A DNA stretch of 64,000 bases. Source: Eledone cirrhosa (lineage: Eukaryota). The notes beneath the pieces were generated by a model, which was not told the DNA's origin, searched no databases, and was given only the letters and a program-made list of their open reading frames with translations. The stretch is from positions 33,294,001-33,358,000 of the forward strand of contig OZ024747.1 of assembly GCA_964016885.1 (NCBI GenBank), in the 5' to 3' direction. Positions 45,501 through 61,985 of the stretch are shown here, piece by piece. How positions within the stretch are numbered: position 1 is the first letter of the stretch; each line of letters starts with the position of its first letter. The translations under genes and the position numbers were made by a program.

Positions 45501-48500
45501 CGTTAGCAACAATACATGTCACAACCATAACAGCAATAACACTAACAACGTTAACAACAACTATAACAGAAATAACACTCACAACGGTAACAACAATACA
45601 TGTAACAACCATAAAAGAAATAACACTAGCAACGTTAACAACAATACATGTAACAGCCATAACAGAAATAACACTAGCAACGTTAACAACAATACATGTA
45701 ACAACCATAACAGAAATAACACTAGTAACGTTTACAACAATACATGTAACAACCATAACAGAAATAACACTAACAACGTTAACAACAATACATGTAACAA
45801 CCATAACAGAAATAACACTAACAACGTTAACAATAATACATGTAACAGCTATAACAGAAATAACTCTAACAACGTTAACAACAATACATGTAACAACCAT
45901 AACCGAAATAACACTAACAACGTTAACTACAACCATAACAGAAATAACACTCACAACGGTAACAACAATGCATGTAACAACCATAACAGAAATAACACTA
46001 GTAACGTTAACAACAATACATGTAACAACCATAACAGAAATAACACTAACAACGTTAACAACAATACATGTAACAACAATAACAGAAATAACACTAGTAA
46101 CGTTAACAACAATACATGTAACAACCATAACAGAAATAACACTAACTACGTTAACAAAAATACATGTAACGACCATAACAGAAATAACACTAACAACATT
46201 AACAACAATACATGTAACAACCATAACAGAAATAACACTAACAACGTTAACAACAATACATGTAACAACCATAACAGAAATAACATTAACAACATTAACA
46301 ACAATACATGTAACAACCATAACAGAAATAACACTAACAACGTTAACAACAATACATGTAACAACCATAACAGAAATAACACTAACAACGTTAACAACAA
46401 TACATGTAACAGCCATAACAGAAATAACACTAACAACGTTAACAACAATACATGTAACAACCATAACAGAAATAACACTAACAACGTTAACAACAACCAT
46501 AACAGAAATAACACTAACAACGTTAACAACAATACATGTAACAACCATAACAGAAATAACACTAACAACGTTAACAACAACCATAACAGAAATAACACTA
46601 ACAACGTTAACAACAATACATGTAACAACCATAACAGAAGTAGCACTAACAACGTTAACAACAATACATGTAACAACCATAACAGAAATAACACTAACAA
46701 CGTTAACAACAATACATGTAACAGCCATAACAGAAATAACTCTAACAACGTTAACAACAATACATGTAACAACCATAACAGAATAACACTAGCAACGTTA
46801 ACAACAATACAAGTAACAACCATAACAGAAATAACACTAGCAACGTTAACAACAATACATGTAACAACCATAACAGAAATAACACTAGTAACATTAGCAA
46901 CAATACATGTAACAACCTTAATAGAAATAACACTAGCAACGTTAATAACAATACATGTAACAACCATAACAGAAATAACACTAGCAACGTTAACAAAAAT
47001 ACATGTAACAACCATAACAGAAATAACATGGGCAACGTTAACAACAATACATGTAACAACCATAACAGAAATAACACTAGTAACGTTAACAACAATACAT
47101 GTAACAACGATAACAGAAATAACACTAGTAACGTTAGCAACAATACATGTCACAACCATAACAGAAATAACACTAACAACGTTAACAACAATACATGTAA
47201 CAACCATAACAGAAATAATACTAACACCGTTAACAACAACTATAAAAGAAATAACACTCACAACGGTAACAACAACACGTGTAACAAACATAACAGAAAT
47301 AACACTAGTAACGTTAACAACAATACATGTAACAACCATAACAGAAATAACACTAACAACGTTAACAACAATACATGTAACAACAATAACAGAAATAACA
47401 CTAGTAACGTTAACAACAATACATGTAACAACCATAACAGAAATAACACTAACGACGTTAACAACAATACATATAACAACGATAACAGAAATAATACTAA
47501 CACCGTTAACAACAACTATAAAAGAAATAACACTCACAACGGTAACAACAACACGTGTAACAACTATAACAGAAATAACACTAGTAACGTTAACAACAAT
47601 ACATGTAACAACCATAACAGAAATAACACTAACAACGTTAACAACAATACATGTAACAACAATAACAGAAATAACACTAGTAACGTTAACAACAATACAT
47701 GTAACAACCATAACAGAAATAACACTAACAACGTTAACAACAATACATGTAACAACAATAACAGAAATAACACTAGTAACGTTAACAACAATACATGTAA
47801 CAGCCATAACAGAAATAACACTAACGGCGTTAAAAACAATACATATAACAACCATAACAGAAATAACACTAACAACGTTAACAACAATACATGTAACAAC
47901 CATAACAGAAATAACACTAACAACGTTAACAACAATACATGTAACAACCATAACAGAAATAAGACTAACAACGTTAACAACAACCATAACAGAAATAACA
48001 CTAACAACGTTAACAACAATACATGAAACAAACATAACAGAAATAACACTAACGACGTTAACAACAATACATATAACAACCATAACAGAAATAACACTAA
48101 CAACGTTAACAACAATACATGTAACAACCATAACAGAAATAACACAAACAACGTTAACAACAATACATGTAACACCCATAACAAAAATAACACTAACAAC
48201 GTTAACAACAATACATGTAAAAACAATAACATAAATAACACTAGTAACGTTAACAACAATACATGTAACAACCATAACAGAAATAACACTAACTACGTTA
48301 ACAACAATACATGTAACGACCATAACAGAAATAACACTAACAACTTTAACAACAATACATGTAACAACCATAACAGAAATAACCCGAGCAACGTTAACAA
48401 CAATACATGTAACAACCATAACAGAAATAACACTAGTAACATTAGCAACAATACATGTAACAACCTTAATAGAAATAACACTAGCAACGTTAACAACAAT

Positions 48501-49760
48501 ACATGTAACAGCCATAACAGAAATAACACTAGCAGCGTTAACAACAATACATGTAACAACCATAACAGAAATAACACTAGCAGCGTTAACAACAATACAT
48601 GTAACAACCATAACAGAAATAACACTAGTAACGTTAACAACAATACATGTAACAACGATAACAGAAATAACACTCGTAACGTTAGCAACAATACATGTCA
48701 CAACCATAACAGCAATAACACTAACAACGTTAACAACAACTATAACAGAAATAACACTCACAACGGTAACAACAATCAATGTAACAACCATAACAGAAAT
48801 AACACTAGCAACGTTAACAAAAATACATGTAACAACCATAACAGAAATAACACTAGCAACGTTAACAACAATTCATGTAACAACCATAACAGAAATAACA
48901 CTAGCAACGTTAACAACAATACATGTAACAACCATAACAGAAATAACACTAGTAACGTTAACAACAATACATGTAACAACGATAACAGAAATAAGACTAA
49001 CAACGTTAACAACAATATATGTAACAACCATAACAGAAATAACACTAACAACGGTAACAATAATACATGTAACAGCCATAACAGAAATAACTCTAACCAC
49101 GTTAACAACAATACATGTAACAACCATAACCGAAATAACACTAACAACGTTAACAACAACCATAACAGAAATAACACACACAACGGTAACAACAATACAT
49201 GTAACAACCATAACAGAAATAACACTAGTAACGTTAACAACAATACATGTAACAACCATAACAGAAATAACACTAACTACGTTAACAACAATACATGCAA
49301 CAACCATAACAAAAATAACATTAACTACGTTAACAACAATACATGTAACAACCATAACAGAAATAACACTAACAACGTTAACAACAATACATGTAACAAC
49401 CATAACAGAAATAGTACTAACAACGTTAACAACAATACATGTAACAACCATAACAGAAATAAGACTCACAACGGTAACAACAATACATGTAACAACCATA
49501 ACAGAAATAACACTAGTAACGTTAACAACAATACATGTATAAACCATAACAAAAATAACACTAACAACGTTAACAACAATACATGTAACAACCATAACCG
49601 AAATAACACTAACAACGTTAACAACAACCATAACAGAAATAACACACACAACGGTAACAACAATACATGTATAAACCATAACAAAAATAACACTAACAAC
49701 GTTAACAACAATACATGTAACAACCATAACCGAAATAACACTAACAACGTTAACAACAAT
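40350..49760 (+). repeat. Higher-order tandem duplication, period 4715 bp (2 copies)
   Basis: ORF pairs 40495/45210, 41431/46146, 42313/47028, 42849/47564, 44061/48776 and 44751/49466 all differ by 4715. Confidence 0.9.
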
Positions 49761-51699
49761 ACATGTAACAACCATAACAGAAATAACACTAGCAACGTTA
49801 GCAACAATACATGTAACAACCATAACAGAAATAACACTAGTAACATTAGCAACAATACATGTAACAACCTTAATAGAAATAACACTAGCAACGTTAACAA
49901 CAATACATGTAACAGCCATAACAGAAATAACACTAGCAACGTTAACAACAATGCATGTAACAACCTTAACAGAAATAACACTAGCGACGTTAACAACAAT
50001 ACATGTAACAACCATAACAGAAATAACACTAGTAACGTCAACAACAATACATGTAACAACCATAACAGAAATAACACTAGTAACGTTAGCAACAATACAT
50101 GTCCAAACCATAACAGCAATAACACTAACAACGTTAACAACAACTATAACATAAATAACACTCACAACGGTAACAACAATACATGTAACAACCATAAAAG
50201 AAATAACACTAGCAACGTTAACAACAATACATGTAACAGCCATAACAGAAATAACACTAGCAACGTTAACAACAATACATGTAACAACAATAACAGAAAT
50301 AACACTAGTAACGTTAACAACAATACATGTAACAACCATAACAGAAATAACACTAACTACGTTAACAAAAATACATGTAACGACCATAACAGAAATAACA
50401 CTAACAACATTAACAACAATACATGTAACAACCATAACAGAAATAACACTAACAACGTTAACAACAATACATGTAACGACCATAACAGAATAACACTAGC
50501 AACGTTAACAACAATACAAGTAACAACCATAACAGAAATAACACTAGCAACGTTAACAACAATACATGTAACAAACATAACAGAAATAACACTAGTAACA
50601 TTAGCAACAATACATGTAACAACCTTAATAGAAATAACACTAGCAACGTTAACAACAATATAGGTAACAACCATAACAGAAATAACACTAGCAACGTTAA
50701 CAACAATACATGTAACAACCATAACAGAAATAACATGGGCAACGTTAACAACAATGCATGTAACAGCCATAACAGAAATAACACTAGTAACGTTAACAAC
50801 AATACATGTAACAACGATAACAGAAATAACACTAGTAACGTTAGCAACGATACATGTCACAACCATAACAGAAATAACACTAACAACGTTAACAACAATA
50901 CATGTAACAACCATAACAGAAATAACACTAGCAACGTTAACAACAATACATGTAACAACCATAACAGAAATAACACTAGCAACGTTAACAACAATACATG
51001 TAACAACGATAACAGAAATAACACTAGTAACGTTAGCAACAATACATGTTACAACCATAACAGAAATAACACGAGTAACGTTAACAACAATACATGTAAC
51101 AACCATAACAGAAATAACACTAGCAACGTTACCAACAATACATGTAACAACAATAACAGAAATAACACTAACAGCGTTAACAACAATACATGTAACAACC
51201 ATAACAGAAATATCACTAACAACGTTAACAACAATACATGCAACAACCATAACAAAAATAACATTAACTACGTTAACAACAATACATGTAACAACCATAA
51301 CAGAAATAACACTAACATCGTTAACATCAATACATGTAACAACCATAACAGAAATAACATTAACAACATTAACGACAATACATGTAACAACCATAACAGA
51401 AATAACACTAACAACGTTAACAACAATACATGTAACAACCATAACAGAAATAGCACTAACAACGTTAACAACAATACATGTAACAACCATAACAGAAATA
51501 ACACTAACAACGTTAACAACAATACATGTAACAGCCATAACAGAAATAACTCTAACAACGTTAACAACAATACATGTAACAACCATAACAGAAATAACAC
51601 TAACAACGTTAACAACAACCATAACAGAAATAACACACACAACGGTAACAACAATACATGTAACAACCATAACAGAAATAACACTAGTAACGTTAACAA

Positions 51700-54600
51700 C
51701 AATACATGTAACAACCATAACAAAAATAACACTAACAACGTTAACAACAATACATGTAAAAACAATAACATAAATAACACTAGTAACGTTAACAACAATA
51801 CATGTAACAACCATAACAGAAATAACACTAACTACGTTAACAACAATACATGTAACGACCATAACAGAAATAACACTAACAACGTTAACAACAATACATG
51901 TAACAACCATAACAGAAATAACACGAGCAACGTTAACAACAATACATGTAACAACCATAACAGAAATAACACTAGTAACATTAGCAACAATACATGTAAC
52001 AACCTTAATAGAAATAACACTAGCAACGTTAACAACAATACATGTAACAGCCATAACAGAAATAACACTAGCAGCGTTAACAACAATACATGTAACAACC
52101 ATAACAGAAATAACACTAGCAGCGTTAACAACAATACATGTAACAACCATAACAGAAATAACACTAGTAACGTTAACAACAATACATGTAACAACGATAA
52201 CAGAAATAACACTCGTAACGTTAGCAACAATACATGTCACAACCATAACAGCAATAACACTAACAACGTTAACAACAACTATAACAGAAATAACACTCAC
52301 AACGGTAACAACAATCAATGTAACAACCATAACAGAAATAACACTAGCAACGTTAACAACAATACATGTAACAACCATAACAGAAATAACACTAGCAACG
52401 TTAACAACAATTCATGTAACAACCATAACAGAAATAACACTAGCAACGTTAACAACAATACATGTAACAACCATAACAGAAATAACACTAGTAACGTTAA
52501 CAACAATACATGTAACAACGATAACAGAAATAAGACTAACAACGTTAACAACAATACATGTAACAACCATAACAGAAATAACACTAACAACGGTAACAAT
52601 AATACATGTAACAGCCATAACAGAAATAACTCTAACCACGTTAACAACAATACATGTAACAACCATAACCGAAATAACACTAACAACGTTAACAACAACC
52701 ATAACAGAAATAACACACACAACGGTAACAACAATACATGTAACAACCATAACAGAAATAACACTAGTAACGTTAACAACAATACATGTAACAACCATAA
52801 CAGAAATAACACTAACTACGTTAACAACAATACATGCAACAACCATAACAAAAATAACATTAACTACGTTAACAACAATACATGTAACAACCATAACAGA
52901 AATAACACTAACAACGTTAACAACAATACATGTAACAACCATAACAGAAATAGTACTAACAACGTTAACAACAATACATGTAACAACCATAACAGAAATA
53001 AGACTCACAACGGTAACAACAATACATGTAACAACCATAACAGAAATAACACTAGTAACGTTAACAACAATACATGTATAAACCATAACAAAAATAACAC
53101 TAACAACGTTAACAACAATACATGTAACAACCATAACCGAAATAACACTAACAACGTTAACAACAACCATAACAGAAATAACACACACAACGGTAACAAC
53201 AATACATGTATAAACCATAACAAAAATAACACTAACAACGTTAACAACAATACATGTAACAACCATAACCGAAATAACACTAACAACGTTAACAACAACC
53301 ATAACAGAAATAACACACACAACGTTAACAACAATACATGTATCAACCATAACAAAAATAACACTAACAACGTTAACATCAATACATGTAAAAACAATAA
53401 CAGAAATAACACTAGTAACGTTAACAACAATACATGTAACAACCATAACAGAAATAACACTAACTACGTTAACAACAATACATGTAACGACCATAACAGA
53501 AATAACACTAACAACGTTAACAACAATACATGTAACAACCATAACAGAAATAACACTAGCAACGTTAGCAACAATACATGTAACAACCATAACAGAAATA
53601 ACACTAGTAACATTAGCAACAATACATGTAACAACCTTAATAGAAATAACACTAGCAACGTTAACAACAATACATGTAACAGCCATAACAGAAATAACAC
53701 TAGCAACGTTAACAACAATGCATGTAACAACCTTAACAGAAATAACACTAGCAACGTTAACAACAATACATGTAACAACCATAACAGAAATAACACTAGT
53801 AACGTCAACAACAATACATGTAACAACCATAACAGAAATAACACTAGTAACGTTAGCAACAATACATGTCCAAACCATAACAGCAATAACACTAACAACG
53901 TTAACAACAACTATAACATAAATAACACTCACAACGGTAACAACAATACATGTAACAACCATAAAAGAAATAACACTAGCAACGTTAACAACAATACATG
54001 TAACAGCCATAACAGAAATAACACTAGCAACGTTAACAACAATACATGTAACAACCATAACAGAAATAACACTAGTAACGTTTACAACAATACATGTAAC
54101 AACCATAACAGAAATAACACTAACAACGTTAACAACAATACATGTAACAACCATAACAGAAATAACACTAACAACGTTAACAATAATACATGTAACAGCT
54201 ATAACAGAAATAACTCTAACAACGTTAACAACAATACATGTAACAACCATAACCGAAATAACACTAACAACGTTAACAACAACCATAACAGAAATAACAC
54301 TCACAACGGTAACAACAATACATGTAACAACCATAACAGAAATAACACTAGTAACGTTAACAACAATACATGTAACAACCATAACAGAAATAACACTAAC
54401 AACGTTAACAACAATACATGTAACAACAATAACAGAAATAACACTAGTAACGTTAACAACAATACATGTAACAACCATAACAGAAATAACACTAACTACG
54501 TTAACAAAAATACATGTAACGACCATAACAGAAATAACACTAACAACATTAACAACAATACATGTAACAACCATAACAGAAATAACACTAACAACGTTAA

Positions 54601-54990
54601 CAACAATACATGTAACGACCATAACAGAATAACACTAGCAACGTTAACAACAATACAAGTAACAACCATAACAGAAATAACACTAGCAACGTTAACAACA
54701 ATACATGTAACAAACATAACAGAAATAACACTAGTAACTTTAGCAACAATACATGTAACAACCTTAATAGAAATAACACTAGCAACGTTAACAACAATAT
54801 AGGTAACAACCATAACAGAAATAACACTAGCAACGTTAACAACAATACATGTAACAACCATAACATAAATAACATGGGCAACGTTAACAACAATACATGT
54901 AACAGCCATAACAGAAATAACACTAGTAACGTTAACAACAATACATGTAACAACGATAACAGAAATAACACTAGTAACGTTAGCAACGAT
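51700..54990 (+). repeat. Copy of about 48160-50850 with whole-monomer indels (offsets 3539, 3767, 4139)
   Basis: ORF pairs 48293/51832, 48776/52315 and 49466/53005 differ by 3539; 49951/53718 by 3767; 50458/54597 by 4139. Shared variants are GTCCAAACC, GTATAAACC and ATATAGGTAAC. Confidence 0.8.
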
Positions 54991-57900
54991 ACATGTCACA
55001 ACCATAACAGAAATAACACTAACAACGTTAACAACAATACATGTAACAACCATAACAGAAATAATACTAACACCGTTAACAACAACTATAACAGAAATAA
55101 CACTCACAACGGTAACAACAACACGTGTAACAACCATAACAGAAATAACACTAGTAACGTTAACAACAATACATGTAACAACCATAACAGAAATAACACT
55201 AACAACGTTAACAACAATACATGTAACAACCATAACAGAAATAACATTAACAACGTTAACAACAATACATGTAACAACCATAACAGAAATAACACTAACA
55301 ACGTTAACAACAATACATGTAACAACCATAACAGAAATAACACTAACAACGTTAACAACAATACATGTAACAACCATAACAGAAATAACACTAACAACGT
55401 TAACAACAATACATGTAACAACCATAACGGAAATAACATTAACAACGTTAACAACAATACATGTAACAACCATAACAGAAATAACACTAACAACGTTAAC
55501 AACAATACATGTAACAACCATAACAGAAATAACACTAACAACGTTAACAACAATACATGTAACAACCATAACAGAAATAACACTAACAACGTTAACAACA
55601 ATACATGTAACAACCATAACAGAAATAACACTAACAACGTTAACAACAATACATGTAACATCCATAACAGAAATAACACTAACAACGTTAACAACAACAC
55701 ATGTAACAACCAGAACAGAAATAACACTAACAACGTTAACAACAATACATGTAACAACCATAACAGAAATAACATTAACAACGTTAACAACAATACATCT
55801 AACACCCATAACAGAAATAACACTAACAACGTTAACAACAATACATGTAACAACCATAACAGAAATAACACTAACAACGTTAACAACAATACATGTAACA
55901 ACCATAACAGAAATAACACTAACAACGTTAACAACAATACATGTAACAACCATAACAGAAATAACACTAACAACGTTAACAACAATACATGTAACAACCA
56001 TATCAGAAATAACACTAACAACGTTAACAACAACTATAACAGAAATAACACTCACAACGGTAACAACAATACGTGTAACAACCATAACAGAAATAACACT
56101 AACAGCGTTAACAACAATACATGTAACAACAATAACAGAAATAACACTAGTAACGTTAACAACAATACATGTAACAACCATAAAAGAAATAACACTAACA
56201 ACGTTAACAACAATACAAGTAACAACCATAACAGAAATAACACTAACAGCGTTAACAACAACCATAAAAGAAATAACACTAACAACGTTAACAACAATAC
56301 ATGTAACAACCATAACAGAAATAACATTAACAACATTAACAACAATACATGTAAAAACCATAACAGAAATAACACTAACAACGTAAACAACAATACATGT
56401 AACAACCATAAGAGAAATAACACTAACAACATTAACAACAATACATGTAACAACCATAACAGAAATAACACTAACAACGTTAACAACAATACATGTAACA
56501 GCCATAACAGAAATAACTCTAACAACGTAAACAACAATACATGTAACAACCATAACAGAAATAACACTAACAACGTTAACAACAACCATAACAGAAATAA
56601 CACTCACAACGGTAACAACAATACATGTAACAACCATAACAGAAATAACACTAACAACGTTAACAACAATACATGTAACAACAATAACAGAAATAACACT
56701 AGTAACGTTAACAACAATACATGTAACAACCATAACAGAAATAACACTAACTACGTTAAGAACAATACATGTAACGACCATAACAGAAATAAAACTAACA
56801 ACGTTAACAACAATACATGTAACAACCATAACAGAAATAACACTAGCAACGTTAACAACAATACATGTAACAACCATAACAGAATAACACTAACAACGTT
56901 AACAACAATACATGTAACAACCATAACAGAAATAACATTAACAACGTTAACAACAATACATGTAACAACCATAACAGAAATAACACTAACAACGTTAACA
57001 ACAATACATGTAACAACCATAATGGAAATAACACTAGCAACGTTAACAACAATACATTAACAACCATAACAGAAATAACACTAACTACGTTAACAAAAAT
57101 ACATGTAACGACCATAACAGAAATAACACTAACAACATTAACAACAATACATGTAACAACCATAACAGAAATAACACTAACAACGTTAACAACAATACAT
57201 GTAACGACCATAACAGAATAACACTAGCAACGTTAACAACAATACAAGTAACAACCATAACAGAAATAACACTAGCAACGTTAACAACAATACATGTAAC
57301 AAACATAACAGAAATAACACTAGTAACTTTAGCAACAATACATGTAACAACCTTAATAGAAATAACACTAGCAACGTTAACAACAATATAGGTAACAACC
57401 ATAACAGAAATAACACTAGCAACGTTAACAACAATACATGTAACAACCATAACAGAAATAACATGGGCAACGTTAACAACAATACATGTAACAGCCATAA
57501 CAGAAATAACACTAGTAACGTTAACAACAATACATGTAACAACGATAACAGAAATAACACTAGTAACGTTAGCAACGATACATGTCACAACCATAACAGA
57601 AATAACACTAACAACGTTAACAACAATACATGTAACAACCATAACAGAAATAATACTAACACCGTTAACAACAACTATAACAGAAATAACACTCACAACG
57701 GTAACAACAACACGTGTAACAACCATAACAGAAATAACACTAGTAACGTTAACAACAATACATGTAACAACCATAACAGAAATAACACTAACAACGTTAA
57801 CAACAATACATGTAACAACCATAACAGAAATAACATTAACAACGTTAACAACAATACATGTAACAACCATAACAGAAATAACACTAACAACGTTAACAAC

Positions 57901-59620
57901 AATACATGTAACAACCATAACAGAAATAACACTAACAACGTTAACAACAATACATGTAACAACCATAACAGAAATAACACTAACAACGTTAACAACAATA
58001 CATGTAACAACCATAACGGAAATAACATTAACAACGTTAACAACAATACATGTAACAACCATAACAGAAATAACACTAACAACGTTAACAACAATACATG
58101 TAACAACCATAACAGAAATAACACTAACAACGTTAACAACAATACATGTAACAACCATAACAGAAATAACACTAACAACGTTAACAACAATACATGTAAC
58201 AACCATAACAGAAATAACACTAACAACGTTAACAACAATACATGTAACATCCATAACAGAAATAACACTAACAACGTTAACAACAACACATGTAACAACC
58301 AGAACAGAAATAACACTAACAACGTTAACAACAATACATGTAACAACCATAACAGAAATAACATTAACAACGTTAACAACAATACATCTAACACCCATAA
58401 CAGAAATAACACTAACAACGTTAACAACAATACATGTAACAACCATAACAGAAATAACACTAACAACGTTAACAACAATACATGTAACAACCATAACAGA
58501 AATAACACTAACAACGTTAACAACAATACATGTAACAACCATAACAGAAATAACACTAACAACGTTAACAACAATACATGTAACAACCATATCAGAAATA
58601 ACACTAACAACGTTAACAACAACTATAACAGAAATAACACTCACAACGGTAACAACAATACGTGTAACAACCATAACAGAAATAACACTAACAGCGTTAA
58701 CAACAATACATGTAACAACAATAACAGAAATAACACTAGTAACGTTAACAACAATACATGTAACAACCATAAAAGAAATAACACTAACAACGTTAACAAC
58801 AATACAAGTAACAACCATAACAGAAATAACACTAACAGCGTTAACAACAACCATAAAAGAAATAACACTAACAACGTTAACAACAATACATGTAACAACC
58901 ATAACAGAAATAACATTAACAACATTAACAACAATACATGTAAAAACCATAACAGAAATAACACTAACAACGTAAACAACAATACATGTAACAACCATAA
59001 GAGAAATAACACTAACAACATTAACAACAATACATGTAACAACCATAACAGAAATAACACTAACAACGTTAACAACAATACATGTAACAGCCATAACAGA
59101 AATAACTCTAACAACGTAAACAACAATACATGTAACAACCATAACAGAAATAACACTAACAACGTTAACAACAACCATAACAGAAATAACACTCACAACG
59201 GTAACAACAATACATGTAACAACCATAACAGAAATAACACTAACAACGTTAACAACAATACATGTAACAACAATAACAGAAATAACACTAGTAACGTTAA
59301 CAACAATACATGTAACAACCATAACAGAAATAACACTAACTACGTTAAGAACAATACATGTAACGACCATAACAGAAATAAAACTAACAACGTTAACAAC
59401 AATACATGTAACAACCATAACAGAAATAACACTAGCAACGTTAACAACAATACATGTAACAACCATAACAGAATAACACTAACAACGTTAACAACAATAC
59501 ATGTAACAACCATAACAGAAATAACATTAACAACGTTAACAACAATACATGTAACAACCATAACAGAAATAACACTAACAACGTTAACAACAATACATGT
59601 AACAACCATAACAGAAATAA
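54470..59620 (+). repeat. Higher-order tandem duplication, period 2589 bp (2 copies); third related copy from about 62090 to the window end
   Basis: ORF pairs 54496/57085, 55104/57693, 56052/58641 and 56751/59340 differ by 2589. Pairs 57186/62140 and 57693/62647 differ by 4954. Confidence 0.9.
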
Positions 59621-59914
59621 CACTAGTAACGTTAAAAACAATACATGTAACAACCATAACAATAATAACACTAACAACGTTAACAACAATACATGTAACA
59701 ACCATAACAGAAATAACACTAACGACGTTAACAACAATACATATAACAACCATAACAGAAATAACACTATCAACGTTAACAACAACTATAACAGAAATAA
59801 CACTCACAACGGTAACAACAATACATGTAACAACAATAACAGAAATAACACTAGTAACGTTAACAACAATACGTGTAACAACCATAACAGAAATAACACT
59901 AACAACGTTAACAA

Positions 59915-61985
59915 CAATACATGTAACAACCATAACAGAAATAAGACTAACAACGTTAACAACAACCATAACAGAAATAACACTAACAACGTTAACAACA
60001 ATACATGTAACAAACATAACAGAAATAACACTAGTAACGTTAACAACAATACATGTAACAACCATAACAGAAATAACACTAACAACGTTAACAACAATAC
60101 ATGTAACAACCATAACAGAAATAACAGTAACAAAATTAACAACAATACATGTAACAACCATAACAGAAATAACACTAACAACGTTAACAACAATACATGT
60201 AACAACCATAACAGAAATAACACTAACAACGGTAACAACAATACATGTAACAACCATAACAGAAATAACACTAGTAACGTTAACAACAATACATGTAACA
60301 ACCATAACAGAAATAACACTAACTACGTTAACAACAATACATGTAACGACCATAACAGAAATAACACTAACAACGTTAACAACAATACATGTAACAACCA
60401 TAACAGAAATAACACTAGCAACGTTAGCAACAATACATGTAACAACCATAACAGAAATAACACTAGTAACGTTAGCAACAATACATGTCACAACCATAAC
60501 AGCAATAACACTAACAACGTTAACAACAACTATAACATAAATAACTCTCACAACGGTAACAACAATACATGTAACAACCATAAAAGAAATAACACTAGCA
60601 ACGTTAACAACAATACATGTAACAGCCATAACAGAAATAACACTAGCAACGTTAACAACAATACATGTAACAACCATAACAGAAATAACACTAGTAACGT
60701 TTACAACAATACATGTAACAACCATAACAGAAATAACACTAACAACGTTAACAACAATACATGTAACAACCATAACAGAAATAACACTAACAACGTTAAC
60801 AATAATACATGTAACAGCTATAACAGAAATAACTCTAACAACGTTAACAACAATACATGTAACAACCATAACCGAAATAACACTAACAACGTTAACAACA
60901 ACCATAACAGAAATAACACTCACAACGGTAACAACAATACATGTAACAACCATAACAGAAATAAGACTAACAACGTTAACAACAACCATAACAGAAATAA
61001 CACTAACAACGTTAACAACAATACATGTAACAAACATAACAGAAATAACACTAGTAACGTTAACAACAATACATGTAACAACCATAACAGAAATAACACT
61101 AACAACGTTAACAACAATACATGTAACAACCATAACAGAAATAACAGTAACAAAATTAACAACAATACATGTAACAACCATAACAGAAATAACACTAACA
61201 ACGTTAACAACAATACATGTAACAACCATAACAGAAATAACACTAACAACGGTAACAACAATACATGTAACAACCATAACAGAAATAACACTAGTAACGT
61301 TAACAACAATACATGTAACAACCATAACAGAAATAACACTAACTACGTTAACAACAATACATGTAACGACCATAACAGAAATAACACTAACAACGTTAAC
61401 AACAATACATGTAACAACCATAACAGAAATAACACTAGCAACGTTAGCAACAATACATGTAACAACCATAACAGAAATAACACTAGTAACGTTAGCAACA
61501 ATACATGTCACAACCATAACAGCAATAACACTAACAACGTTAACAACAACTATAACATAAATAACTCTCACAACGGTAACAACAATACATGTAACAACCA
61601 TAAAAGAAATAACACTAGCAACGTTAACAACAATACATGTAACAGCCATAACAGAAATAACACTAGCAACGTTAACAACAATACATGTAACAACCATAAC
61701 AGAAATAACACTAGTAACGTTTACAACAATACATGTAACAACCATAACAGAAATAACACTAACAACGTTAACAACAATACATGTAACAACCATAACAGAA
61801 ATAACACTAACAACGTTAACAATAATACATGTAACAGCTATAACAGAAATAACTCTAACAACGTTAACAACAATACATGTAACAACCATAACCGAAATAA
61901 CACTAACAACGTTAACAACAACCATAACAGAAATAACACTCACAACGGTAACAACAATACATGTAACAACCATAACAGAAATAAC
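59915..61985 (+). repeat. Higher-order tandem duplication, period 1020 bp (2 copies)
   Basis: Sequence lines 59941-60960 and 60961-61980 match line for line, including the rare variant ATAACAGTAACAAAATTAAC at 60121 and 61141. Confidence 0.93.

Noticed and set aside
541-46786. Thr-rich + strand ORFs as a mucin or adhesin VNTR exon (48-bp unit, the same length as the MUC4 repeat)
   Set aside because: The frame is broken repeatedly by TAA and frameshifts. It has almost no Pro or Ser, no signal peptide and no unique domain, and its starts are incidental variants. Only the unit length resembles MUC4.
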